NCBI GenBank assembly: GCA_050230475.1
Contig: JBFLGF010000006.1
Location: 186,001-209,633 of the forward strand
Direction of reading: 5' to 3'
Length of the DNA stretch: 23,633 nt
DNA from: Ancylonema sp.
Lineage: Eukaryota
Under the pieces are notes generated by a model. The model was given only the letters and a program-made list of their open reading frames with translations, did no database searches and had not been told where the DNA came from. The position numbers and the translations under genes are program-made. This document shows, in pieces, positions 1-11,254 of the stretch. Numbering within the stretch: the stretch's first letter is position 1; the number at the start of each line of letters is the position of its first letter.

Positions 1-7
1 GCGCACG

Positions 8-860
8 GGGCACGCTGCGGTTAGCACCCTTCACAAGTTGGCGAGGCCAGGGTTCGTGAGGGGGCTGGAGGGTGGCCTGGTTGGGGAGCTGGGAGTCTGC
101 CGTGGCTAGTTGGGCAAGCCGCTGGCGAAACCCCACCCGCAGAAGGATCCAGCCTTCCGAGCAGGGAAGCCGCTCGATCTCGTTCACGCTGACTTGGCAG
201 GCCCGATCAAGCGTGCCACCTGGGGTGGGAAGCTCTACGTGTTTGTTCTCATCGACGATTACAGCAGGAAATCATGGGTAATTTTTCCAAAGAACAAATC
301 TGATGTCGAATTGAGGGTGAAGGAGTGGACAGCGCTGGTAGAGCGCGAATCCGGTTATCGGGTGGGGCGGTTCCGTACTGACAACGGGGGGGAGTTCGTG
401 AAGCAGACGTTGAAAGACTGGTTTCGTCTACGTGGCATCACCCAGGAGTTCACCCCTCCCCTGTACTCCACAGGCGAACGGGGTCGCCGAGCGACTCAAT
501 CGTACCCTCCAGGACCGAGTCCGTAGCATGATGACGGAGGCTGGGCTCGGGGGCGGACGGAAGCTGGGGGGAGGTTTCTGGCGGGCATTGTACCTCAGGA
601 ACCGGGGGCCGGTTACTGGATTGGATCTGACGCCGCACGAGCTGTGGAGTGGGAAGAAGCCAACCTTGGTGCACTTGCGGGCCTACGGCTGCAAGGTGTA
701 TGCGCCCATCGCGAGAAGGGTGACAGGGCAGGGAGCTCCGGGAAGGTGCGCTGGGAGGGGGTGCTACTCGGTTACTCGGACAACAGCCCTTCGTACCGGG
801 TCTAGGGGGATCCGGTGAAGGGGAAAGTCTACAATGTCGGCGGAGCAGACTTCGATGAGG
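8..860 (+). pseudogene. Copia GAG-pre-integrase and integrase core (rve), frameshifted
   Basis: GHAAVSTLHKL...CRG*LGK; LDLVHADLAGP, IDDYSR, RTDNGGEF; after a frameshift near 460 TPQANGVAERLNRTL, YLRNR, TPHELWSGKKP, HLRAYGC. Confidence 0.93.
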
Positions 861-973
861 ACGTGGAGGGGGGCTGATGGAGGCAGCAGCTTCTGCAAGG
901 TGACTTGGAAGAGCCTGTGGAGATCCCCCAAAACTGGGCGGCAGATTCTGGCGCAGGCGCAGGCGACGGGCCA

Positions 974-1003
974 CCCCCTCCCCCTCCCCCTCCCCCTCCC
1001 CCT
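974..1003 (+). repeat. (CCCCCT)5 microsatellite encoding polyproline in the Copia integrase-RT linker
   Basis: Five perfect CCCCCT units. Confidence 0.9.
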
Positions 1004-1365
1004 CCTGCAGGCGGGGAAGTAGCCCAACCTCCTGCAGGTGGGGGGAGGACGGTGACGACGATGACGAGGGACGATGATGATGATACCCCCAGCCTAGTCA
1101 GTGATAGCAGTGATGACGAAGAGGAAGACGAACGAAACTGGCAGATTTGGGTGATGATGACTACGACGACAACGGGGGATTTCAGTTTCTGCGACGGGAT
1201 TTGGGCTCCCATTTTTACGGGCTCAAGGGGCCGGGGGTACGGGGCCACGGGCTCAAGCGACGGGGTCAGGGCAGGGAGGCCAGGGCTCGCAGCCCAAGCG
1301 CTCAGGCAGGCAGCGGGGCCTGCCGCTGGCGGTTCGCAGACTCCTACGCTGCAGCCGTGGACCTG

Positions 1366-2440
1366 GTCTGTCCTATCACTGTAGCTGAGGCACTTGCAGG
1401 ACCTGAGCGAAAGGAATGGAGGGAAGCTTTAGACTCTGAGTTGGGGAGCTTATAGGAGAATAATGTGTATGAGGAGGTTGAGAGGCCCAAGGGCAAGCGG
1501 GTCATTAGCATGAAATGGGTGCTCCGCATCAAGAAGGACCAGGACGGGAACGTTGAAAAATTCAAGGCGAGGGTAGTCGCTCGGGGGTTCAAGCAGATGG
1601 AAGGTGTAGACTATGAAGAGACATTCGCTCCTACAGTCCGACATGAAAGCATTCGGGCGCTCATCGCCTTTGGGGCAAGCGACAATTGGGAGTTCGACCA
1701 GATGGACGTCGGCACGGCCTTTCTCTACGCGAACTTAGAGGAGGAGGTGTACGTGGAAATTCCGGAGGGGGCACCAGGGTATGGTGTGTTGGGGAGAGTG
1801 TGGCGCTTGTGGAAGTGCCTCTACGGCTTGAAGCAGGCGCCGAGGATGTGGAACCAGACGATAGACGTGGTGCTTCTTTCGATGGGGTTTGAGCGGTTCT
1901 TATCGGATCACGGAGTGTATGTAGTGGGGGTAGGAGACTTGAGGGTCTTCATCTGTCTATATGTAGACGACCTCCTTCTTATGTGGAAGAGTGTGAAGTC
2001 TCTCGGGGAGGTCAAAGCGGGGCTTAGTGACAACTTCAAGATGAAAGACTTGGGGAGTGCGGTTTTCTTGTTGGGGATAGAGATCACTCGAGTAGACGGG
2101 GGTGTGTTCCTCGGGCAAAGGAAGTATGTCGAGGATTTGGTGAGGAAGTACGGCTTGGAGGGGGGGAAGGCGCGGTGTGCACCCCCTTTGAGTCGGGAGT
2201 GGTCTTATAGGGGTGGAAGACTCCCCCACCACGGAGGAGGGGGAGAAAGAGATGGCGCGCTACCCCTACCGGTTCGTGGGGAGTCTCATGTATCTCGCGG
2301 TGTGGACTCGTCCCCCTTGCAATGGTGGTTTCTACACTTAGCCGTTTTTGCCAGAATCCGGGGGTGAGGCATTGGGAGGCGGCGAAGAGGGTAGTGAGGT
2401 ACTTGGTGGGGACAATTGACAAGGGGCTCTTCTACGGGAA
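1366..2440 (+). pseudogene. Copia reverse transcriptase (RVT_2), frameshifted near the C-terminus
   Basis: PITVAEAL..EWREALDSEL; KWVLRIK, KFKARVVARGFKQ, DYEETFAP, QMDVGTAFL, LYGLKQAPRMW, YVDD at 1960-1971, MKDLG. Confidence 0.95.
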
Positions 2441-2454
2441 GGATGAGGAGGTAG

Positions 2455-2932
2455 AGGTGTGGGGTTACACCGACGCGAGCTACGGGAGTGACATGGAGAC
2501 TAAAAGGGGGCGCTCGGGGTATGTCTTCATGAGTGCGGGAGCGGCGATTTCGTGGGGGAGCAAGCTCCAAGAGGTGATGGCTTTGGGCTCTACGGAGTCG
2601 GAGTACATGGCGATGTCTTTTGCAGTTCAAGAGGGGGTGTACTTGGGGATGTACCAAAGGGAGATGGGAGTCGAGAGTGAGAAAGTCTTGGCTCTTTGTG
2701 TGACAATCAATCGGCTATGAAAATCGCCAAGAACCCCGTCTTCCACAAGAGGAGAAAGCATATTGGCATCAAGTTTCAATTACGTGAGGGAGAAGGTGGA
2801 GAGTGGAGAGGGGAGTTGCACTTTGTGCCTACCAAGGCAATGGCGGCGGACTACGAAGCACGTAGGGGTGAAAGTGTTTGTAGAGGGAAAATGTCTTATG
2901 GGTATGATAGCACTAGGAGGGTAGAGTGCTAG
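2455..2932 (+). pseudogene. Copia RNase H, frameshifted
   Basis: GYTDASY, GAAISWGSKLQ, STESEYMA, CDNQSA, NPVFHKRRKHI, MAAD. Confidence 0.92.
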
Positions 2933-3176
2933 ACATGTAGTGGACATGTTGTGGAGGAGGAGGAGAAAAAAATAAAATAAACAAAGCATAGGGTCATCGG
3001 GCATTTGACTTGTAGTAAAGAGAGGGGGAGGGGAATGAAGTAAATTAGTTCTTTAATCAAGGGAAATGCCGAGTTGTGGCGATAGTAATAATTGTAGAAT
3101 TAGCGTGGACCGGAGATGTGACTAATAATGTGCATGTGTGTCTATGTTGTGAGCCGATACAATATGCATGAGGATG

Positions 3177-3625
3177 TGAATCGACAATTAAGGTTGCACT
3201 TAGGCATGGGCGCGGAAGCGAGTACGATGAATTCGTACCGGTTTACTCTAGTACCGGACTAAGTTGCACTAGATTTGCATAGTTGAGTGTGCACCAATGG
3301 GGTCAATATGAATAGTCGCATTATTGTGTTCACGGGAAATGACGTTAGCGAGTAGACTTTAGTCAACCTACGCACCACCGGTTGGTTAAACCGATTATTT
3401 GTCCTTGGCTTGTAAGGCAAATTCAATATATACTCTACGGAGTTTTCATAACAAACAATTCATACCATCATCGCTTTTGTTTCCAGTGGGATTCTAGTTT
3501 GTTGGTGTCTTGCCATTTGTTACGGACAGTTTGGCTTTGTATGTAATTCACGAGAAGTCGGAGAGCCGGCGAATTTAAGACCTGTACGGCAGGCAAGGGA
3601 TTGGCCCACTATGGCTGATCCTTCA
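3177..3625 (+). repeat. Putative Copia 3' LTR (about 450 bp)
   Basis: Begins TGAA after a short purine-rich ATGAGGATG, ends TTCA exactly where phytochrome coding sequence resumes; TATATA at about 3427. Partner LTR is not in the window, so boundaries are inferred. Confidence 0.6.
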
Positions 3626-3626
3626 G

Positions 3627-5693
3627 GACGAGCTGAGTACTGTGGCCAATGAGATGGTCCGCCTGATCGAGACAGCTACGGCCTCGATCCTGACAGTGGA
3701 TGCCACGGGAACCATCAACGGATGGAACACAAAAGTGGCGAAACTCACAGGGCTAACCGCTGCAAGAGCCATGGGGCTCTCTCTAGTTAAGGACGTGGTG
3801 CACCCCAACTCGATGGAGACTGCAGAGAGGCTTGTTCACCTCGCCCTCCATAGTAAGAGGGGCTCTAGGAATAAGAGTAGGAGTGAGGCTGGTTGGTCGA
3901 TTTCGCCAAAAAAAATCAAGCTGCGTTTCAGGAGGGCTTCTGTTGGCAGGTGAGGAGGTGCAAAACGTCGAGCTCCAGCTGCGCAGGTGGGGCGGGTCAG
4001 GCCCTCAAACAGACTTCCCTGTCATTCTGGTGGTGAACACCTGTGCATCGCGAGACACGAGGGATGCTGTGGTAGGGGTCTGTTTCGTGGGTCAAGACGT
4101 GACCGAGCAGAAGACGGCCATGAAGCATTTCACGCGCCTCCAAGGGGACTACACCACCATCGTGCAGGCCCCGAATTCACTCATCCCCCCCATCTTTGGG
4201 GTGGACAAGTCGAGGTACTGCAGTGAGTGGAACCCCGTCATCGAGCGGTTAACCGGGGTGGGGAAGATTGATGTGGTGGGGAGGACGGTGGCCGGAGATA
4301 TATTTGGGAGAGGGGGACTGTGCCCTCTGAAGAGTGGTGACGGCATGACCAATCATTACTGTGCTCAATAACGCCATGGGAAGGTAGGAAATGGGCAGAG
4401 TGCCTTTCACTTTCATGGACACGAAGGTGAGTCGGCGTTGTGGGATGGTGTGGGTGGGTTGCACAGAGGTTAGGGGGGTGGGGGGAGTTATTCGGGAGAT
4501 GTTGCAAGGGTGGGGGTGTGGGGTACCTCTTTGATTGCGGGGCTGATGTGGAAGCTGTTCCCTGTTCCCTGTTGCTTTGTGCAGGGCAAGACAGTGGACG
4601 CCTTGATTAGCGCCAACAAGCAGGTGGATGGTGGGGGCGAGGTGATGGGAGTGTTTATCCTGCACACGGCCTCCCCGGAATCGTAACAGGCGCTGGCGGT
4701 CCAAAAAGCGTCGGGAACGGTGGTGTGGAGCAAGGCCAAGGAGGTGGCATACATCCGCCAGGAGGTGAAGAACCCGTTGAACGGGATCGAGTACGCCTAT
4801 AGTGCCATCCTTCGTACGCAGCCTCCTAGTGAGGAGCAGCGCCAGCTGGCGAACACCGGAGCCATGTGCGAACGGCAGCTGAGGAGGGTTGTGGAGGACG
4901 GGGATGTGGAAAGGATTGACAACAGGCACATGAAGGTGGAGGGGGCGGAGTTCACGGTGGGAGCGTTGGCAAACTCGGTGATCTCGCAGGGCTTTCTGAA
5001 GGCGTCTGAGAAGAGACTGCAAGTGCGCTATGACATCCACCCCCACCTCAACGCCTTGCGCTGCCTTGGGGACGTAATGAGGCTACAGCAGGTCATGGCT
5101 GACTTTCTGCTCAATGCCATAAACTTCACGCCACGTGGCGGGTGGGTGGAGATGACTGCGGTGACCGAGAAAGGGGGATGTTGCAAAGATAGAGTTCAGG
5201 TATGTGGGGTCTTTTGGGGAGGAGTGGGTGATTTTGCAACCAATGGAGGACGCTATATAGTGGGTGGTGATCGTGCGGGAAATCATGCAGGTCGTTTGCT
5301 TTGTGGTCTATTGCTTACTGTTTGTCTTACACGGGTTTGTAGCATGGACTCGATGGCTTAAGCCAGTGGTGCAGAAAAGAGGATAATGGGTACTCTACTC
5401 CGCTAAGTATGCTCTGTCTCGCATATCAAGTCTTTGCCTCCCCTCCTCCCCCTCCTCTTGGCAGAGTAACTCATGCCGGCAACGGCCTCCCAGAGGAACT
5501 GATTCAACAAATGTTTGATTGTGGAGACAACCCCATCAAGTCTCAAGAAGGGTTAGGCTTGTCCATGTGTCAGAAGATCGTTTGGTTGATGTCTGGTGAG
5601 GTGAAGTACATACGCGAGCAGGAGAGATGTTACTTTGAACTCATCATGGATCTACCATTGGCGATCCGGGACGATGCAGGAAGTGCTAATTAG
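3627..5693 (+). pseudogene. PHY: Phytochrome C-terminal half (PAS1, PAS2, histidine-kinase-related domain), pseudogene; exons 3627-3852, 3950-4426, 4585-5199, 5465-5693
   Basis: [132 protein letters not shown] introns 3853-3949, 4427-4584, 5200-5464. Lesions: frameshift near 4350, TAG 4385-4387, TAA 4684-4686, frameshift near 5175. Confidence 0.95.
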
Positions 5694-7330
5694 AGTTTAG
5701 GAGCGACTGATTGGTTAGGAATGATAGCTACGTGGTTGAGATGGCTTGAGGGGTTTGTATTTGAATCCTTGCTGAGAGGTGGGAGGGGAGATGTGTATAT
5801 GTTGAGAAAAAAACGTGTATGAATGATTATGTTTGGGTCTGGGGGAGGGTGACCAATCCATGGGAGAGGAATCTATACGTGGAGAAGTTTTAGATAAAAA
5901 GAGACATAGATTGGGTGTTTTCTGCCAAATAATGGTTGGGGTTCTTGAGTTTTGTGGAAGGGTTACTAGATGTTGATCTAGGAATTGTATAACTACATTT
6001 TCTAGTACAGATCTAGGGATATTCATTCTTTAAAAGTATTAATTCATGTATCTAATATATTCATGTCACGTATGACCAAGGAAAACGTTTTTCTCCATGT
6101 ATGGTGTCAAACTGAATCGCTCCTGGCTTGTCCATGAATGTGGGAAATGGATCCCAATTCCGGACCGATCCAAAATTAATGTTATATATCGCCAACAACA
6201 CAGGCGTATTTGACATATAGCTAGATTTTGTGAATGGACTCTGCGCTCGCATAACAAATTAGTATTTGAACGGCAAAGTGCCCGGATCGAAGATCGGAAT
6301 TGAAGAACATCTTGCGAATCTTGTTTTTTTTTAGAATAACTAGCATTGTGGGGGGCATGGTGGGAAGACATTCGATAGTATTGTACCATGCTAATTGTAC
6401 CAAAATGTATTGTACCATATTAATTGCGGCTTCACAAAACTATTTTCGAGAGTGTTTCTCCACAAAAACACTGGTTTCGCTTTCACCATTGCGCAGGTCG
6501 ATTTGAAATCGAACTCGCTTGGTCCCCTGACTGTTCTTCCACGGAAGCAAAACCAAACATGATGACTCTTCTCGATCCGAGCAACGGGTATATCTGGGAG
6601 GACCATTTTATATTCAATATCTACTTCGAGGTATTAAAGAGCCACGTATTATGGATTTTTTTTAACGATAAGTCGTCCATTTTGTATCTCCTCTTCATCT
6701 TTTGATATATGGGCATGCCTACTCAAATAACATATTGTGAAAGAGAAAGGAAAAAGTGGGCAAAAGAAAAAGGAGAGAAGAAAAAACAGACTAAAGTAAA
6801 AAGAAAGGGGGCAAAATAACCCAACAACTCTACGTCAATATTGAGTACAATGAATTTCTTCGTTCCCGTCTCCGCGTTTGCATTTTACGTGATGCCCTCC
6901 ACAAGCTCTCCTTTTGAAGAATTCATTTATGAGGGTTTGAGCCATCTTCTCTTCTAATTGGCATTTGGGTCATTCGTAGGCACCTTTCCCCCTTTCTTCC
7001 TCGTTCAAGTGGAGGCTTTCAAAAAAGGTCCACAATGAACCACCCTCCATTCTAAGTCGCCACGAGGTGAGATGTATTTTAAGTCGCCGCTTATGACAAT
7101 CATTTTACGATGTATGTGAGAGTGAGACCACTTTTTGTAGAATTAGATTTCTAGTTAATCAACCATAACGAAATATGAAGTGTTGGGTAAGATAGTGCGG
7201 TTATGCATTTTGCATAGAACATGTGGTATATTTGCGCGGTATATTATTGTGCATCGAAATTATCGGAAAAGGAGAGTGAGCGATTATCATTATTGATTGT
7301 CATGAATAAAAAATATTGAGTGCGTTCCAG

Positions 7331-8195
7331 GTTCCTCTATCAACGTTGCTGGCTGTACCGACGAATTCCTTTATGACAGCACTCAAAGATTTTCTTGCCG
7401 AAAAAATATCGACAGATGTCATCGTCAAAACTATTTGTGGCGAAGAGATTCATGCTCACAAGCTGGTTTTGGTGAGTTATTTTCTTTTTTGTGGATAACT
7501 CGCCTCCGTTATTCATGAAACGCTTTCAGGCACATAGGATGGCCTTTCGGGTCACTTTATTTCTCGTAATGTTTCAATACTCTTACTAAGAAATGAGGGG
7601 TGATAAATATGAGTATGAGAGTGCTACTGTAGGCCTGCTATTTTCTTGAGGAGGTAGATACTTTTTTTTTCAGTGTCAAGCCTCCCACGACAACGGTTGC
7701 GATAAGTTTAAGAGATATCGAATATACAAAGTTGGAGTCCTAAATGTTGTTTTACACTTGTTGCAGATGTTGATGTCCCCAGTGTTTCAAAAAATGTTTC
7801 AATCAGGCATGAAGGAGTGCTCTAGTCATTCCATATCAATCACCAACTTTCCCTCTCCCCCCGTGGTGGCATTTGTGCAATTCTTTCACTACTTAGACGT
7901 TGTACCTGATTTGTTAAAGGAGTACAGTGTTGAGCTCTGGGCACTCGCCGACAGATACCAAGTGAAGGGTCTCAAGCAACACATCATTGAACGCCGACAA
8001 CGGTTTGTGACTCCCGAAAACGTGGTGGACGTGCTTGATCGTGCTGAGAAGCACAAAGCCAAGGATGTCAAAACGTTTTGCGTCAACTACTTCGCAAAGA
8101 ATGCTAAAAGTATTGGCAAGAAGAACACCAAAAAACTTACATCTTTACCCTACAACATACTAGCTGAACTCTTGGACGCCGTTGTTGAGGATTAA
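7331..8195 (+). CDS. BTB/POZ domain protein (SPOP-like BTB plus BACK-like helices); exons about 7331-7471 and 7767-8195; start uncertain (ATG at 7373 or an upstream exon)
   Basis: TDVIVKTICGEEIHAHKLVL joined via phase-0 GTGAGT...TTGCAG intron 7472-7766 to MLMSPVFQKMFQSGMKE...LWALADRYQVKGLK...VTPENVVDVL...VKTFCVNYF; no stops in these exons. Confidence 0.85.
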
Positions 8196-9887
8196 AGTAG
8201 AGGTAGCCGAGTACTAACTTCTCTACGTACTGTTATATTGATTTTATATTGGTAAGGGAAAGAGTATGATAACACGTCACAAAGAGGACTAGTAAGTCCA
8301 TCATGATGTAGAATAACATGTAAAGCGAGAGGGGAAAACGTACAACTTGACAGTGCTACTTTTTGTCATATGATAATAATGCCAAAGATCCGAAAGCCAT
8401 CGTGTTGGTAAGTTTAGTAACAAACTTGTTTGCAACATTTGACATCTTTTTTCTCTCCACTTTAGTTCATAGTGGTGTAACGCACGACCAACATTGGACC
8501 ACTATACTTATCATGTAAATCGAATGTCGAGTTCAAATCGATAATAGTCACCTTTCGTGTTGGTTCAAACACTTTTAATTGTAATTGTTGTATTCCGCCT
8601 TTCCAACATTTTCCTATCCTCGTTAATGCAACTAGACTATTCTAGGCTTTATTTATTCTCCAAAAAGCATTTGTATGTTGACTCTTGCCTTCATAAGACA
8701 AGACAACCAATAAAATGGCATCTTATTCCCTCCAATCAATTATATCTCATTCTGTCCACAAGAAAACAATTTGAGATTTTTTCCACCAGCTTTCTCTCAC
8801 TGTATTGCGCAGTTAAAATAGCCTTGCCATTCATCCCTAAATATTTTGTATCTTTTACTTGGAAGTCAATAAAAACAAGCTCCATTCCTTCGACATCGTG
8901 GCTATGTTTCGCCATAAGACCCAGCATTGAACCAACAATTTGAAGCTTGAGATACGGTTATGCAAGTCCTTGACTCCACTTGCATGTTACCTCATGATCC
9001 ATGGGAAAAAGATGAGTTGTTGCGATGAATTTTCCACAACTTACTAGTTGTGCCTCTACTTCCAATAAAGCAACCTTATGCTTTCTTTAACTCTCATACT
9101 CATGCTCTTTGCCATACCACTACACCACCGAACCACGGTCGCACTTGAGAATTCGCCCCCCCCTTCCGAAATAATTTATAGTGGTTATAACTTTCTAAGA
9201 TCACATGCCCTCCCTCTCATATCGGCAAGGCACATGATCCTTCGTACATACGACAACAAAACGTGTTTTGTTGGTTTGTGTAGGTAGCCAAGATTGCTTC
9301 AAAATGTAGTAAAAGCCACATACCATTTTTTATCTTCAAAAAAAGAGCGGATGGGGGAGAGGGAGGGGTAAAATGTGGCTAAGAGGGTAAGGGAATCTTG
9401 TCGACCCCGATCTGTCCAGGACTCTTCCGGACCGAGTCACGATAATTACCAGCAAGGACATAGCAGGATCACTCCCGACCATGACTTCCGAGCATACTTG
9501 CAAAATGCCAAAAACCTTCCCGGATGCGAACTAAGATCCACATTTCGAAGGTTCGTCCTTGAAAGCCAAAAAAAATGCCCCAAAACCTTGGACCGACGGT
9601 GGTTGTTTTTTTGTTCCCTTCCCATTTGGGTATTGGAGTAGACAACTGCCCAACGTACGACTCTATATCTTCATCGATATTCAGATGCAATTTGGTGCTG
9701 AAAATTGCTTGACTACCCTCTTCAAATTTCCACCTCTAGTTGAATCTGATCGCTTTATAAAATACGGGATTCTTTTTGTTTTATTCAAAAGCAACAAATT
9801 CAGTAAGTATTTTTAGTAGTACCAAATGTCATTTGCCAAGTCTACCTAAAGACAATCTGATTGTAATTACTTACCCCTGATACCGCA

Positions 9888-9891
9888 GTCG
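9888..9891. other. Left target-site duplication GTCG (partner 22981-22984)
   Basis: ...CCGCA GTCG|TGACGTG at left and ...CATGACA|GTCG CTCTCC at right; the match extends to CAGTCG if the terminal CA is counted. Confidence 0.8.
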
Positions 9892-10093
9892 TGACGTGCT
9901 GTTTGGAATCGGCCGCCCGGAAATAGTGTTCTTCATACTTTGATTTCTCTCTAAACTGAAGTTCTCTCTTTTGATGTCTTCATGACTTCTTCTCTCAGTT
10001 CTGAATGGTGATCAGCTCATACACTCACAATCTTGTATCGATGAATGTTGGTACTATCTCAGAAAGTCACAATGTGGTATTGTGCTGCTCTCA
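9892..10093 (-). repeat. Repeat Y2 (about 200 bp), 3'-terminal copy
   Basis: Direct repeat of 11255-11459, about 90% identical; TGACG...CTCTCA on +. Confidence 0.95.
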
Positions 10094-10095
10094 CT

Positions 10096-11252
10096 AAGTA
10101 GTATTGCAGATTGAGTCTTTGCTGAGATATCAATATTATATCTATCACACGTCTCAACGGTGTGGTGAAATTCACTACTTAACGCCGAGGGCGAGCTAAC
10201 AGATGGTTTATAGTACAAAAGTCAATGAAAATACTATAAAGCAAACAAGATAGTCTAGTCTGGCGCAGACTATCAAGGTTAACAACCGTAAGAGTTGCTT
10301 TCGGTGCGAAAGCAAAGTATCGGCGTCGATAAAAGATGTTGGCTCAGAAAGAGCGTCAGCAGACAGATGTAAACAACAAATGCTGGCTCGGAGCAAGCGA
10401 CAGCAAACACACACACACAAAGGAAATTGCCGGTTCGGAGCGAACAAAGGCAAATCGACAGATGCTTTTCACACACATGCACGCTTGCTGGCTCAGAGAG
10501 AGCGTCAACGAATCGATGTAAGAAATTACAGTCGATAAACAAGCTGGCTCAGAAAGAGCGTCAGCAACAGATTCAGATGAATTAGGTAAAATAAACACAC
10601 ACACAGATTGCAAAGAATGATTTGCAAACTTACCGTCTGGCTGACGGATGTCAGGCGACGAGCACGTTGCGAAGTCGCATAAGCGAAGGGATGCAATATT
10701 CACAGAATTGCAAGGATTCAGATAACACAGAAGATTGTTGGAAAGGATTTCTTAACAGCGCAATCTGATAGCGGAAGCTGGCAGATCTGAAAGTACAAAT
10801 TTACTTTTATCACAAAGTTGTTGCGCGGTGCTAACCGGCAGAGTTAACTAGAGTTAAACTGTCAAAGACAGGCTGGCTTAGCGACAGTCGAAGGCGGGCT
10901 TCTAGAACATTACACTTACTCTCGGCGCTCCGATGAAAACGACGAGAGATATTCCTCTAGTTCTACGGCTGGATTTAATCGCCGGGATTATCGACAAGTC
11001 GAAAGAGACTTCTGATTTTAACAAAATCGACACGCAGCTATTTGTTGGAGACTTCTCGATTCTAGACTTCGGAAAATACGCCACGCGTTATTTTCGAGTC
11101 GTACGAATTTCGTACTTCACTATTTTTCTTGTAAAGTACTAGTTCTAGAAAATCGTTGTATCGAATACTCTCGTAATAGCATAGTATTAATTTATAGGGG
11201 TTTTTGATCAATCTAGAGGGGTTTCGCCTTAGCCATCTCTAGCGTCATGACA
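10096..11252 (-). repeat. Repeat X2 (about 1.15 kb)
   Basis: Direct repeat of 17678-17740 plus 21888-22980, over 90% identical. Confidence 0.95.
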
Positions 11253-11254
11253 GC

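Larger units (their letters stand above)
1..3625 (+). mobile_element. Ty1/Copia LTR retrotransposon, degenerate; 5' part lies outside the window
   Basis: Domain order integrase, RT, RNase H, then putative 3' LTR; several frameshifts and stops. Confidence 0.95.

Noticed and set aside
3612..3626. CTGAT...CTTCAG as a splice acceptor rescuing the phytochrome
   Set aside because: In frame, but downstream stops and frameshifts preclude a product; better explained as the LTR end, though not excluded.
450..5046. Long antisense ORFs (e.g. 450-974, 4249-5046)
   Set aside because: Shadow ORFs of GC-rich Copia and phytochrome coding sequence.
6060..6705. Short ORFs, ATTGTACCA x3 (6380-6417) and faint similarity to 9400-9570 as a DNA transposon bracketing the BTB gene
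   Set aside because: Only an 11-bp exact match (TTCCGGACCGA); no terminal inverted repeats or TSD identified.
9877..9884. CTGATACC, resembling a tRNAi-Met PBS on the minus strand next to the left end
   Set aside because: Only 8 bp, lacks TGG, lies outside the TSD and at the wrong end of the element.
9868..9891. GTAAGT donor on the minus strand suggesting the element interrupts an exon continuous with ORF 22957-23157
   Set aside because: The rejoined frames resemble no protein I recognise; a 6-mer match is expected by chance.
10340..10565. CRISPR-like repeat-spacer array
   Set aside because: Degenerate repeats, irregular spacing, inside a eukaryotic LTR, no cas genes.
10208..11142. Short ORFs in repeat X (also 21963-22500)
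   Set aside because: Low-complexity translations of CA runs and repeated motifs; frames not conserved between X1 and X2.
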